IMG/VR virus record: IMGVR_UViG_3300046311_000202
Strand: one strand, 5' to 3'
Source of the DNA: a virus
Taxonomy: Duplodnaviria; Heunggongvirae; Uroviricota; Caudoviricetes
DNA length: 62,746 bases
Shown here: positions 36,320 through 47,416 of the stretch, piece after piece
Layout: each line of letters starts with the position of its first letter
Position numbering within the stretch: position 1 is the stretch's first letter
Notes under the pieces: generated by a model
What the model saw: only the letters and a program-made list of their open reading frames with translations
The model's database searches: none
Told to the model about the DNA's origin: nothing
Position numbers and translations under genes: made by a program

Positions 36320-39300
36320 ATGTCTCAAAAAATATATTCAAATTTAGATATAAAAGGTAACGCTACAATTGGCGACATAACCAACGCTACATCAGATACA
36401 GACAAGTTTCTAGTATCTGATGCTGGCGTTGTTAAGTATAGAACAGGTTCAGAAATGCTATCTGACTTAGGTGTAGCTCCTGGAGTAGCATCTAACATAC
36501 AACACCAAGTAAAAGCAGGTGTCGCTATCAATAAAGGGCAAGCTGTTTATGTAACAGGAGCAGATGGTACTAACATGATTGTTGGACTAGCTTCAAATGC
36601 AGCTGAAGTAAGCTCTTCTAAGACAATGGGGCTAATGGCCTCAACAGTTGCAATCAACGGTTTTGGTAATGTAATAGCAGAGGGATTACTTGCAGGATTA
36701 AATACAAGTACAGCTAATGCAGGAGATCCTGTATGGTTAGGTACTGGAGGTAACTTAATATATGGTATAGTAAACAAACCATACGCACCATCACATTTAG
36801 TTTTCATTGGTATTGTTACTAGATCTAATACTAATAACGGAGAAATATTTGTAAAAGTACAAAACGGTTTTGAGCTCGATGAGCTACATGACGCAGACTT
36901 AAAAACTACAACTCCTATTAATGGACATATCTTAGGTTACAATGGTACCCTATGGGTTAATAAAACTATTGCAGGTTGGCTAGGTTATACACCAGCTAAT
37001 GCAAATGGTACAGCAAACTACATATCTAAGTTTACAGGAGCAACTACATTAGGTAATAGCTTAATATACGATAATGGTACTAATATACTTATTGGTACAA
37101 CTACAGATGATAACTACGCAAAGCTTAAAATAAGTGGAGGTGCTATAAGCATAGGGAACAACCAACAATTTATTTCCTATAGAGCTGATGGATTACCTTT
37201 GTCTATATTTAAAGTAAATACATCAAATCAATTAGTATTTAACCCATCTTGGGGACAAGCAGTAACAGGATACTCATTTACAACTAGCGGCTCTGAAAAA
37301 TTAGGAGTTAGCTCAGGTGGTAGTGTTACAGCTAGTGGAGACATGCGAGCTCCAATATTTTACGACTCTGATAATACAGCTTACTACTTAAACCCAGCAG
37401 ACTCATCAAACTTATATGATATAACAGCTAATAAGTTTGTTAAATCAGGAGGAACGTCTGCTCAAATATTAGCTGCTGATGGTTCTGTAATTACAGCAGG
37501 TTCAGGAATAACCATTAGTGGGGGCACTATATCTTCTACAGGAGGAACATTTACAGAAACGGATACATTAGCAACAGTTACAGGAAGAGGAAACACTACA
37601 ACATCTAACATAACTGTAGGATCATTAATTATACCTAGTTTTGAAACAGCTACAAATGTTTTATCTTTTAGATCTGGAATACCAGATGGTACAAACGTAG
37701 GTATTAGAGCAAAAGCTATTGTTACAGCAAACAGAGACGCGTTAGAGTTACTTGGATATAACGGAATTGATTTCACAACAAATAATGGAGCAACTGTAGC
37801 GATGCGTATTAGCATAAACGGTAATATCCATGTTGGGGGTTCAAGCTCTTCTTACAAATTTCATGTAGCAGGTGGTCAATACGGAACATACTTAAAAGGG
37901 GGTGACCTTGGGACTGGCTCAGATATATTAAGACTTGTTGATGCTTCAAATAATACAAAGTATTTAGCCAGAGGGGATGGTAAACATTTCTTTACTGGGG
38001 ATACAGAAGTTTCAGGAGCTTTAACTGTTTCTGGTACTTTAACCGCATCAGGGTATAATAAAACAAACTGGGATACAGCTTTTGGATGGGGTAATCATGC
38101 TTCTGCAGGGTACTTGACTTCAGAAACAAATACTTTTTTAGGTGATGGTGGTAATGCAGATACACATCCTGGAACAGACAGAATAATATTTACAGGACAA
38201 ATTAGTACAGGAGCTGCTCTTTTAGGTATGCCTGCTACTGATAATTCTAATGCTATTTTAAATATTAACAGACATCCTGGAGAATATAATAGTCAGTTAG
38301 GATTTAGTTCTAATGGTAGTATGTATTATAGAAGCTTTAGTGCTACAGCTATAAATTCATCACAAGCGTGGAGACAAGTTTGGGATTCTGGTAATTTTAC
38401 TAATAATTCTACTAACTGGAATACAGCATACTCTTGGGGTAATCACGCTTCAGCTGGATATGTGCCTCAAGCAAGAACAATAACTATTAATGGTACATCT
38501 TACGATTTGTCAGCTAATAGAAGTTGGACAGTTAGTGGAACCGATTCAACAAAATGGCCTTTAGAAGGTAGCTGGAAGCCAGCTTCTTTAGCTTCTTCCA
38601 CTAGATTACGTGGAGCAACATCACCAGACGGTGGGGAATTTGCATTGGCATACTCTGGAGGGCAAATACATCCATACGCAGACGGGTTCTTTTACCAAAA
38701 TGAAGGAGCTTATAGAGTAATGGATTCAAATAGTATTGGAGACTATACAGTAGGAAATTACAGAACAATAGCTGATTACTCAAGTGATTCAACTTGGTAT
38801 ATGAGACCAAACGGTAGGTTTGTATTTGCCAACGCACATGACTGGACACAAACATTTGAATTATATTTACCGTCAGGTGGATCAAATAACAATACTTGGG
38901 CTCATTTTGGACAAAGACAATCAAACGCAACAAATGGTAATTTTACAGGCGTTAGTATAAGAAGATATATTAGTGGAGCCTCTAATTTAGGAGATTTACA
39001 AGCTGGTAATGTATACGGTAGAATTTTCTACGATGATGATAATACTGGTTATTACCTAAACCCAGCATCAACGAGTAATCTATCTGGACTAACTGTAGCG
39101 AATACAATAAGCGGAAGCGTTAGTGGATCAGCTGCATCAGCATTTAGCATGCCTTATGACGGAAACGCAATTAGCGGTATGGGTCCAATATCAACCTGGG
39201 ATTCAAGACCTGGCGTTGGCATGGCTGGATTTGGTATAAACTGGCACACTGGTGTATCTATATCTGGATACCCAGGATATGGAGGTGTAAGATTATATGC

Positions 39301-40477
39301 TTCTGGATATCCAACACACTCTAGTTCTGTATTAAGGCTAGAGGCCTCTGATTCTATAAAAACATATGGGATACTTTATAATAATGAAAGTGTAAGATCT
39401 CCTGTATTTTACGATTCAAATAACACGGGTTATTACGTAGATCCTAGCTCAATAAGCTATTTAAGTTCATTAAGAATATCTGATGCATCAAGTGGAGCTT
39501 CGTTAATAGTCGGAACAAATGATACTTCAAGAGTATATAGTGATGACCCTAGAAAGCAATTAGCGGTTAATGCTGATTACTACCCTTGTTTATACGTAAA
39601 TGCTCTATCAAATAATGGTAATACAACACATGGGGCCGTAATATCTATGTCTGGTAACTTAAACAGCGGAGGTTATAGAAGATGGGGTATGGGTATTGCT
39701 AATACAAACCCTGGAGTATTTAGTATAGGTTATGCTGATAATAATAGTAATCCACACTATGGAGTTGGGGGTAGTGGATGGTCTCAATTTTGGATAGGAA
39801 CTGGAGGGGATGTATATGCTACTGATTCTTTTAGGTCCCCTATCTTCTATGATTCTAACAATACAGGAAGATATGTAGATCCAGCAGGAACTTCTTCTGT
39901 AGCTGATATATCACTAAACGGTGCTATATACTTCCCAGGATCAGGTACGACAGTAAGAATACAGGAATCTTACGGAGTATTGGTTAACTGTATAAGTACT
40001 CCTTGGAACTTCCAAGTTATAAATGGATCATCATTAGTAGGACTTAGTGCTAGTGGAGGAAACTATGGAATAGGTAATGGGTATTTTACAGGAGATGTAA
40101 CAGCATACTACTCAGATAGAAGATTGAAGCACAATTTAGTTTCAATTGATAATGCAGTAGAGAAGGTAAAATCATTAAACGGATATACTTATCAACACAA
40201 TGAGTTAGGTCAAGAGTTATTAAACGAAAACGCTTATAAAGTACATGCTGGGTTAATCGCTCAAGAAGTACAAGCAGTACTACCAGAAGTAGTAACAATT
40301 GCTCCTTTTGACTTAGATGGATATGATGAGCAAGGAAATGGAATAAGTAAAAGCGGAGAAAATTATCTAACAATTAAGTATGAAAGAATTGTACCTTTGC
40401 TTATAGAAGCAATAAAAGAACAACAAACTCAAATAGAAGAACTAAAACAATTAATAAACCAATTAACAAATAAGTAA
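36320..40477 (+). CDS. Long tail fibre with C-terminal S74 intramolecular chaperone
   Basis: YSDRRLKHN...YERIVPLLIEAIKEQQ..IEELK; internal FYDSxNTxYYxxP repeats. Confidence 0.85.
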   Translation: MSQKIYSNLDIKGNATIGDITNATSDTDKFLVSDAGVVKYRTGSEMLSDLGVAPGVASNIQHQVKAGVAINKGQAVYVTGADGTNMIVGLASNAAEVSSSKTMGLMASTVAINGFGNVIAEGLLAGLNTSTANAGDPVWLGTGGNLIYGIVNKPYAPSHLVFIGIVTRSNTNNGEIFVKVQNGFELDELHDADLKTTTPINGHILGYNGTLWVNKTIAGWLGYTPANANGTANYISKFTGATTLGNSLIYDNGTNILIGTTTDDNYAKLKISGGAISIGNNQQFISYRADGLPLSIFKVNTSNQLVFNPSWGQAVTGYSFTTSGSEKLGVSSGGSVTASGDMRAPIFYDSDNTAYYLNPADSSNLYDITANKFVKSGGTSAQILAADGSVITAGSGITISGGTISSTGGTFTETDTLATVTGRGNTTTSNITVGSLIIPSFETATNVLSFRSGIPDGTNVGIRAKAIVTANRDALELLGYNGIDFTTNNGATVAMRISINGNIHVGGSSSSYKFHVAGGQYGTYLKGGDLGTGSDILRLVDASNNTKYLARGDGKHFFTGDTEVSGALTVSGTLTASGYNKTNWDTAFGWGNHASAGYLTSETNTFLGDGGNADTHPGTDRIIFTGQISTGAALLGMPATDNSNAILNINRHPGEYNSQLGFSSNGSMYYRSFSATAINSSQAWRQVWDSGNFTNNSTNWNTAYSWGNHASAGYVPQARTITINGTSYDLSANRSWTVSGTDSTKWPLEGSWKPASLASSTRLRGATSPDGGEFALAYSGGQIHPYADGFFYQNEGAYRVMDSNSIGDYTVGNYRTIADYSSDSTWYMRPNGRFVFANAHDWTQTFELYLPSGGSNNNTWAHFGQRQSNATNGNFTGVSIRRYISGASNLGDLQAGNVYGRIFYDDDNTGYYLNPASTSNLSGLTVANTISGSVSGSAASAFSMPYDGNAISGMGPISTWDSRPGVGMAGFGINWHTGVSISGYPGYGGVRLYASGYPTHSSSVLRLEASDSIKTYGILYNNESVRSPVFYDSNNTGYYVDPSSISYLSSLRISDASSGASLIVGTNDTSRVYSDDPRKQLAVNADYYPCLYVNALSNNGNTTHGAVISMSGNLNSGGYRRWGMGIANTNPGVFSIGYADNNSNPHYGVGGSGWSQFWIGTGGDVYATDSFRSPIFYDSNNTGRYVDPAGTSSVADISLNGAIYFPGSGTTVRIQESYGVLVNCISTPWNFQVINGSSLVGLSASGGNYGIGNGYFTGDVTAYYSDRRLKHNLVSIDNAVEKVKSLNGYTYQHNELGQELLNENAYKVHAGLIAQEVQAVLPEVVTIAPFDLDGYDEQGNGISKSGENYLTIKYERIVPLLIEAIKEQQTQIEELKQLINQLTNK

Positions 40478-40478
40478 A

Positions 40479-40847
40479 ATGGCAATCACTTACACATTTT
40501 TAACAGATAACACGATGAAACTGGAGATAGCTCCAGAACTAAATGGATTAGAAAAAGTAATTACTAGAGTAAGATACAACTACGTTGGAGTAGATGAAGA
40601 AGGTAATGAAGGTACTTTTGCAGGGGTAACACCAATGCCAGCACCTAACACTGAAAGTTATAAACCTTTTGAAGAACTAACTCCAGAAGATGTAACTGCA
40701 TGGTTAGAAGCTACAGCTGACAAACCCCATATGCAAGAGCGTATAGCAAAACAGATAGAAGCTAAGATAACACCTAAGTATGTTGAAACAACATCACCAT
40801 GGGCTCCACCAGTTGAAGAAGAAGTAACTATTGAACCAACACCTTAA
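40479..40847 (+). CDS. Small fibre-associated protein
   Basis: Follows the fibre; YKPFEELTPEDVTAWL motif. Confidence 0.55.
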   Translation: MAITYTFLTDNTMKLEIAPELNGLEKVITRVRYNYVGVDEEGNEGTFAGVTPMPAPNTESYKPFEELTPEDVTAWLEATADKPHMQERIAKQIEAKITPKYVETTSPWAPPVEEEVTIEPTP

Positions 40848-40858
40848 AAAAATAACAA

Positions 40859-41392
40859 ATGGGATTTATAGTAAAACAACCAATAGAGACATTTGAAGGT
40901 AATCATTTAGAGGAGTTCTATGTAAGAATAGAACATTATCAATTAGATAAACTAAGAGGTACTATTGGTGTGTCATTCGCACATTATGAATCTACAGAAG
41001 CTGCTAATGCAAACTTCCCTAAATATTTAGAAGATACACCAAACCCTTACGGGAGAGTTGCTACAACAATGACATACAACGGAGAGACTAAAGAGTATCC
41101 AATGTGGTATTCTTTTAACATACACACTCCGGAAGTTATAGTAGAGCACTACCCAGTATCTAAGTGGCACTCAGAGATGGTTGACTACATAGATTTTGAT
41201 GAAGACGGTAACGAGATAGTTAAGCAAAAAGAAGAATGGTTTGAAACTATCACAACAGAAACTAGAGAAATAACAAAGACACTTTTAGACATAGGATCTA
41301 TTACAGGTAGTATATACGACTTCTGCTATAGCAAACTGAAAGAGGTGTATAGTGAAATGTTTGGAAGCGAAAACATAATAGATATATTATAA
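40859..41392 (+). CDS. Hypothetical protein (177 aa)
   Basis: Packed in the tail module. Confidence 0.65.
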   Translation: MGFIVKQPIETFEGNHLEEFYVRIEHYQLDKLRGTIGVSFAHYESTEAANANFPKYLEDTPNPYGRVATTMTYNGETKEYPMWYSFNIHTPEVIVEHYPVSKWHSEMVDYIDFDEDGNEIVKQKEEWFETITTETREITKTLLDIGSITGSIYDFCYSKLKEVYSEMFGSENIIDIL

Positions 41393-41850
41393 TGGGAAGA
41401 GTAGCAATGTCGGCCAACAATAGAGGACTAATATCAACTTTTGGTCAATACACCAACAGGACATCTAGTAGCTTCAGTGGTATTTTTGGTTCTGCAACTT
41501 ACCCAAATCGTGCATTAAGTAGTTTGAATATAAACTATTACGGAGGAGCTCCAAGTGTATATGTGTATTGGGTTAATATAGCCTCTAGTAATTCAACAAA
41601 AGGATCTGTATCTATAACTTATCCATGGAGCGAAACCTCTTCAGGGACAGGTCTTATAGGACACAATAGACAATCATTTTCAGGAGCATATAACTACATA
41701 AGCATTCAATGCAATGTTACATACGGATACAGTTTTAAAGGGTGGTATACACTACCTTCAGGGGGAACACTAATCACAAGTGCTAACAATGTAAATATAT
41801 ATCCGACAGATGGTTATATAAGCACAGTATGGTATGCACAATTTTACTAG
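41392..41850 (+). CDS. Hypothetical beta-rich protein with InlB-B-repeat-like C-terminus
   Basis: GYSFKGWYT..SGG...YAQF pattern. Confidence 0.5.
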   Translation: MGRVAMSANNRGLISTFGQYTNRTSSSFSGIFGSATYPNRALSSLNINYYGGAPSVYVYWVNIASSNSTKGSVSITYPWSETSSGTGLIGHNRQSFSGAYNYISIQCNVTYGYSFKGWYTLPSGGTLITSANNVNIYPTDGYISTVWYAQFY

Positions 41851-41853
41851 TTT

Positions 41854-42741
41854 ATGGAATCAATTTGGGTTTTAGAAAATGTAAAGGGGGATGAAACATT
41901 TTATAGCAAATTAGAGTTACTTATATTAGTAGCATCTATTTCTTTATGGAGGAAGCATCATCCAGCACACAAAACAGTTTTGTACTGTGATGGAATGACA
42001 AATAATGTATTATCTAAGCTAGGTGTTATTAATTTGTGGAATGAGGTAAGACATTTATCTTATCCAGAAAAAATAAATAGAAAAGTGTTTTGGTCAAGCT
42101 GTAAAACAAAAGTTATAAGCAACACTAAGATACCATTAGTAATAGTAGATCATGATTTTTTAATCTATACAAATATAGATGAACATTTAAAAGATGAGCT
42201 AGTATTTACATACAATGAAAAATCAAACAACTGGTACCCAAAGGAAAACAACAAAGCTAATAGAGCTCTTTCAAAACCTATAGAGTACGTAAATGATTTA
42301 GCAGCTAATGTAAGTTTATTTTATTTACCGGACCCTGAATTTGCTAGAGAATACGCAAACCAGACTTTACAAAATCACATAGAGATATCAGCAATGGACA
42401 TCCATGACTTATCTGCAAACTATATGATACTATCTGAGCAATTAATGCTCAAACAATGGTTAAGTAAAAGAGAGATACCACATAAGGCTCTATGTAGAAA
42501 TATTTGGGATTGCAAAAGTATAAAGTACACGTTAGATGAAGTAGACAACGGTATTTGGGGACACAGAGAAATAGAAAAGTACTGTAAGCATTATGGGTTA
42601 GATAAAACTCGTATTAAGGAAAATCAGGAAGGGTTTGATTACAATCAAGAGATAGAATTTCTATACAGATGTATTAAATCGACAAAGCTACAAAACGTAG
42701 AGGAGCTGAAACAGAAAATAGAAGTTATACAAAATGTATAA
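41854..42741 (+). CDS. GT-A-like putative glycosyltransferase (DUF6734-like)
   Basis: VLYCD...FWSSCK...LVIVDHDFLI DxD motif; paralog of the next gene. Confidence 0.55.
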   Translation: MESIWVLENVKGDETFYSKLELLILVASISLWRKHHPAHKTVLYCDGMTNNVLSKLGVINLWNEVRHLSYPEKINRKVFWSSCKTKVISNTKIPLVIVDHDFLIYTNIDEHLKDELVFTYNEKSNNWYPKENNKANRALSKPIEYVNDLAANVSLFYLPDPEFAREYANQTLQNHIEISAMDIHDLSANYMILSEQLMLKQWLSKREIPHKALCRNIWDCKSIKYTLDEVDNGIWGHREIEKYCKHYGLDKTRIKENQEGFDYNQEIEFLYRCIKSTKLQNVEELKQKIEVIQNV

Positions 42742-42743
42742 TT

Positions 42744-43727
42744 ATGAAAGCGATACATGTAAATTGGACAGCACCTTTCTTTAACAAAGAAAGACTTAGA
42801 GGTCACGGGTTTGATACCACAAGAAATATTACCTCTAGCACTTATGACATACCTGATTACCAATTACTGTATATAATACTGTCAGCACTAAGATGGAAGT
42901 TACACAATGGGCCTATCAAACTTTACACAGATTCTATAGGTTTAAGTGCATACAAGATGTGGGGATTACTTAGTCTGTATGATGAAGTAGACACTGATTT
43001 TTTAGACAACTTAAAAGAAGTAGATGCTGCATATTTTTGGACTAGTGGTAAGATACAAGCTTTACAAAATGAAAAAGAACCATTTGTATTTCTAGATCAA
43101 GACTTTATAATAAGAGGAAAGATACCTCAGAAGTTCTACGAAAATGATTTAGGAATAGGACACTGGGAAATACCAAGAGGTTACTATTACTTTAGAGAGC
43201 AAGATTGGAAAAAAGAAATAAAGCATATTGATTTTCCTAAGGATTACAATGTAAATGCATATTCACCAAACACATCTTTTTTGTATTTTAATAATAAAGA
43301 TATAGTAAACGAATATGTAAGCTGGCACAAGAAGCTAATAAAGACAGAAGGACAAGAAGTACCGGAATGGTTTTGGTTAGCAACTGATCAAGGAATACTA
43401 GGACATGTTATTAGAGAGGGGAACTATAATACAAACACTCTAACAGACAAAGTATTTCTTGCAGATAGTGATTACGGTAACAAAGGTACAAGGTATAAAG
43501 GCTTATCTGAGCAATGGTACTACCCACAAGGAGCCGACTTGAACAAAGGGCTATTAGAATGGGAACATGTATGGTTAGCAAAAGTGGTGTTTAAGTCAGA
43601 CAAAGATTTTGAAAAAGCAGAATGCCAAAGATACTACGATGAGATACATAGTTTAGGAGGAAAAAATTACTTATACAATCTTAGGCTTTTTAAATATTGG
43701 AACGAAGAGAAACATGGCGATAGATAA
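42744..43727 (+). CDS. GT-A-like putative glycosyltransferase (DUF6734-like)
   Basis: KLYTDSIG...FWTSGKI...EPFVFLDQDFII...NTSFLYF. Confidence 0.6.
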   Translation: MKAIHVNWTAPFFNKERLRGHGFDTTRNITSSTYDIPDYQLLYIILSALRWKLHNGPIKLYTDSIGLSAYKMWGLLSLYDEVDTDFLDNLKEVDAAYFWTSGKIQALQNEKEPFVFLDQDFIIRGKIPQKFYENDLGIGHWEIPRGYYYFREQDWKKEIKHIDFPKDYNVNAYSPNTSFLYFNNKDIVNEYVSWHKKLIKTEGQEVPEWFWLATDQGILGHVIREGNYNTNTLTDKVFLADSDYGNKGTRYKGLSEQWYYPQGADLNKGLLEWEHVWLAKVVFKSDKDFEKAECQRYYDEIHSLGGKNYLYNLRLFKYWNEEKHGDR

Positions 43728-44520
43728 TAAGATACCAATAGTAAGAGCTTTATGGGGTAACCAAGAAAGAACACTATCAGAAGTGCCACCTAAACCACTA
43801 TTCAAAAACGAAACAGTAATTGTATGGGGGTCGAATAACAAAAAGTATTTAGAAGCATTAGGATACAATGTAAAATGTTTATCTATAGAAGATACTGATA
43901 AAAAGTATTCAACACTACATAAGCATTACATGCATAAACTAGAAGCTATAAAGGTAGCAGGAGTTTTGCACAAAGAGTATATTTTTTTAGATTGGGACTG
44001 TTTTCCACTAAGACCTTTTGATAGTAATTTTTACAACCACTTGCAAAAAGGAAACGAAGTACAAATACCAATATATGCTTACCCTGATAAAGAAGGACTA
44101 GGTATAATTGATATGATAGACGAGAGCACACCATGGGGTCCTTTACAACTAACGGACAACTTAAAAGAATACGTTAAGTCACATGAAGACCAGTTGAGAA
44201 AATACAGCTGGAAACATAATGAAATGTTAGTAAGCCCTAATTTTGGGTTTGTGTATTCTAGAAGAAGCAGCTTAGGCAAAGAGTTGATTGATATAGCAGA
44301 TAGCAATAACGTATTGAATTGTATAGAAGAACATTCATTTTATATCTGGGCCAATTGCACATTAGATGAATACATAAATAAGTATGAACCTAAAGTATTA
44401 CAAGGTACATCAGATGACGTAAGAATATACAACAAAGATTCAAAACAAGATGCTGTAATAAAAATAAACAAGTATGTCAACGCAATAGCAAAAAAAGACA
44501 TATACTTAAAACACATCTAG
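43714..44520 (+). CDS. GT-A-like putative glycosyltransferase
   Basis: HKLEAI...EYIFLDWDCFP DxD motif. Confidence 0.55.
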   Translation: MAIDNKIPIVRALWGNQERTLSEVPPKPLFKNETVIVWGSNNKKYLEALGYNVKCLSIEDTDKKYSTLHKHYMHKLEAIKVAGVLHKEYIFLDWDCFPLRPFDSNFYNHLQKGNEVQIPIYAYPDKEGLGIIDMIDESTPWGPLQLTDNLKEYVKSHEDQLRKYSWKHNEMLVSPNFGFVYSRRSSLGKELIDIADSNNVLNCIEEHSFYIWANCTLDEYINKYEPKVLQGTSDDVRIYNKDSKQDAVIKINKYVNAIAKKDIYLKHI

Positions 44521-44521
44521 G

Positions 44522-45229
44522 ATGCATTTTAAAAAACCTCTTATAGAGACACAAGATGAACACATCTTTCAATTAGCACCAATACCAGTATACCAGAGAG
44601 TTTACGAAGATGTGTTGACTGATAAAGTATACAAGCTAGGATTAGAGACTCTTACAGATACTCAAAAGAGAATGGGGCAAGAGTTACCAAAGCAGTATGA
44701 TACAGAAAGACAAGGTCATTATGATATTAATTACGATAGACAAGATCAGTGGGTAGAAGACCACGAATTTCCTCCAATAGGAAGTAGGTTCTACACACCA
44801 CCAAATAACTTCTTAGATAATCCCGATGAGGATGTACAAGTTATAAGAAGAAGAATAGAGGGAGGGTTTTTACAACTACTAAAAGCAATGCAGCTAGAAG
44901 TAGAAGGTAAGCCAATCATAACAGAAAGTTGGTTACAGTACTATGATCCATTCTCAGGAAGAGGGCATAATGCACATAACCATTGCAGATGGCACCATGA
45001 AGAAGCTAAGCCAATCATGTTTTCGGGAGGCTACTACTTATCTGATGGCGAACCTATACAAGATCACCCATATAGCGGAGTATTTGCTTTTCATGTCAGA
45101 GGAATGAAATATTATATAAGACCTAAAAAAGGCATGCTGATTATTTGGCCTTATGATATAATACACTCAGTGGAACCATTTTATGGTAAAGAACATAGAG
45201 CAGTGATTAATTTTAATATACAAGTTTAG
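44522..45229 (+). CDS. 2OG-Fe(II) oxygenase (2OG-FeII_Oxy_5/TIGR02466-like)
   Basis: HNAHNH...SGGYY...GMLIIWPYDIIHSVEP...RAVINFN. Confidence 0.8.
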   Translation: MHFKKPLIETQDEHIFQLAPIPVYQRVYEDVLTDKVYKLGLETLTDTQKRMGQELPKQYDTERQGHYDINYDRQDQWVEDHEFPPIGSRFYTPPNNFLDNPDEDVQVIRRRIEGGFLQLLKAMQLEVEGKPIITESWLQYYDPFSGRGHNAHNHCRWHHEEAKPIMFSGGYYLSDGEPIQDHPYSGVFAFHVRGMKYYIRPKKGMLIIWPYDIIHSVEPFYGKEHRAVINFNIQV

Positions 45230-45259
45230 TAAAAAAACAAATAACACATATATATCAAA

Positions 45260-45394
45260 ATGGCAAAAATCAAAAACGAAACTACAAAATTAGAAAAGAA
45301 AAAAGTAAGTCGACCTGGCATACATGCTAAGTCTAAAACTTCACTATCTAAAAATTCAAAAAATTATAAAAAACTAAATAGAGGACAAGGATGA
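45260..45394 (+). CDS. 44-aa highly basic peptide (not in ORF track)
   Basis: MAKIKNETTKLEKKKVSRPGIHAKSKTSLSKNSKNYKKLNRGQG; ATGA overlap with the next gene. Confidence 0.7.
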   Translation: MAKIKNETTKLEKKKVSRPGIHAKSKTSLSKNSKNYKKLNRGQG

Positions 45395-45828
45395 AAAATT
45401 GCGGAAACAAAATCAAAAACATGTGTGGAGAAAAAACTTATGCCACATGTACTTATTACGAACTAGAGGTACCAACATTTTCTAGCCTAGTAGGACAAGA
45501 CTGTATTACCATAGAGGAAACAACAGAAGACTTATATGACCTAGTTTCAGGAATAAAGTCAGAGATTGATTTGTCAGCTCTTGGAGACTTGTGCCTTACT
45601 TATGTTCAAGAAGATAATAAAAACATTGTAAAAAATGTATTAATTAAGTATGAAGAGGAAATATGTTCACTAAAACAAAGAGTGGAGTACTTAGAGAATG
45701 AAGCAATATGCGACAAAATCATAACAGAGTGCTTAGACCTTTCTGGATTAGTAGACCAATGTAATTCCCCTATAAATACTTTAGGAGAACTTCTTCAATA
45801 TTTATTAGACAACACACAAACACCTTAA
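45391..45828 (+). CDS. Cys-rich/coiled-coil structural protein
   Basis: Cys-rich N-terminal domain shared with the next three genes. Confidence 0.6.
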   Translation: MKNCGNKIKNMCGEKTYATCTYYELEVPTFSSLVGQDCITIEETTEDLYDLVSGIKSEIDLSALGDLCLTYVQEDNKNIVKNVLIKYEEEICSLKQRVEYLENEAICDKIITECLDLSGLVDQCNSPINTLGELLQYLLDNTQTP

Positions 45829-45832
45829 TACT

Positions 45833-46150
45833 ATGGGAACATGCAGTCAAATGACCACTCCGGTTATAGTACAACAAGAAGATCCATGTAATGGACTACA
45901 CACTTCAACAGATTGTGTTGTACACACGGAGCCAATAACATATCTTTTTATAGAGGATAATCAAAACTTGACCTCTATCATACAAGCAATAGTTTTATCT
46001 TTGCAAAGTAACAATACTGGAGTTACACAACTACAAGAAGAGAATGCACAACAAGCAATTCAAATAACAAATCTTCAAGAACAAGTAACTCAAATACAAG
46101 AAGTAATCTTTGATATACAAGCTATCTTAGCTACTTGTTGTCCAGAATAA
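45833..46150 (+). CDS. Cys-rich/coiled-coil structural protein
   Basis: DPC...STDCV...coiled coil...CCPE. Confidence 0.6.
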   Translation: MGTCSQMTTPVIVQQEDPCNGLHTSTDCVVHTEPITYLFIEDNQNLTSIIQAIVLSLQSNNTGVTQLQEENAQQAIQITNLQEQVTQIQEVIFDIQAILATCCPE

Positions 46151-46180
46151 AAATAATATTAAAAAAACCTAGAAGTAACC

Positions 46181-47395
46181 ATGGAAGGATGTAATCAAAC
46201 AAATATACCAATTTTAAATACACAAGAGGATCCCTGCATTCAGGGGTCCTTACTAACAAATTGTATCTTTTATGGTCTAGCAATAGAATACTTAGGTACA
46301 CAAAATACTGCAAGTTTAGCAGTGATATTAGAATACATAGTTAGAAGTCTTGTAGCAGCTAATTCAGATATAGTAGCTTTAGAAGAAGAAAACAGAGACC
46401 AACAACTTCTTATAGAACAGTTGCAAGTAGCTTTAGAACAAAGCTTAGTAACACTAGAAGTTATACAATCACAAGTAGAAGCTTGTTGTCCTACAACCAC
46501 TACAACTACTACTACTCCTATTACCACTAGTACAACAACTACAGATCCATTTTATTACTATGTAGCTAATCAGTATGCATGCCCAAATTGTGATTATGTT
46601 GTTGGCACTAATGTGATAATAAAAACGGTAACACCTTTATCTATTGGGGATTGGGTACCCCGTGCTATTAACGGTAATATCTTTTTCTTTAATATACTAT
46701 CTTCATCAGCACCTTTCTATATGGCAACATTAGTTGATGCTGGAGGAGCCTCTCAAAGCTGTGGTTGCCCAGGCACAACAAGTACAACAACTAGTACAAC
46801 AACCAATATGATAAATCCTACGTTATATTCTCGTATAATGGATAACCCAGTAGGAACAGCACTTTATAACATAGATGGACCAGAAGCAGGTAAGTATTGG
46901 ACAGTTGCATATGACTATAGCCAATACACACATATACCAAACGGTCAATTCTTAGGTGTAGGTACAACAATTTACATGGATCAACAATGTACACAACAAT
47001 GGACTTTTCCTTTAAAATATCTAATTGCAAACGTACCAGATCAATATAACATAAACCCATATACATGGATTTGGAAAGTAGAAAATGGTGTTATTACAGA
47101 TAACATAGGCCGGTTTGTAGATACTGCACGTTATCTCTTACACTCTACAAAAGTTAGAAATGAGTTATTACCTTGTAGCGAATTTTATCTAAATGGTATA
47201 ACCTTAGATACTGGTCACACTTCTTTGATGCCTGGGGTTAGTGTATACAGTGCAACAGTAGATACAAATCAACCAATACCATTGAATTACACTTATTTAA
47301 CAGATAACGTAAACGTATACACAGTTTCTAATGGTGTCATAACATCATCACAACCATGTAGCGGTATAACAACTAGCACAACAACAATATTATAA
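46181..47395 (+). CDS. Mucin-like Thr-rich fibre/decoration protein
   Basis: Paralogous Cys/coiled-coil N-terminus, then Thr-rich linkers between small Cys-containing domains. Confidence 0.65.
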   Translation: MEGCNQTNIPILNTQEDPCIQGSLLTNCIFYGLAIEYLGTQNTASLAVILEYIVRSLVAANSDIVALEEENRDQQLLIEQLQVALEQSLVTLEVIQSQVEACCPTTTTTTTTPITTSTTTTDPFYYYVANQYACPNCDYVVGTNVIIKTVTPLSIGDWVPRAINGNIFFFNILSSSAPFYMATLVDAGGASQSCGCPGTTSTTTSTTTNMINPTLYSRIMDNPVGTALYNIDGPEAGKYWTVAYDYSQYTHIPNGQFLGVGTTIYMDQQCTQQWTFPLKYLIANVPDQYNINPYTWIWKVENGVITDNIGRFVDTARYLLHSTKVRNELLPCSEFYLNGITLDTGHTSLMPGVSVYSATVDTNQPIPLNYTYLTDNVNVYTVSNGVITSSQPCSGITTSTTTIL

Positions 47396-47416
47396 ACAAA
47401 TAAAAAATAAATAAAA

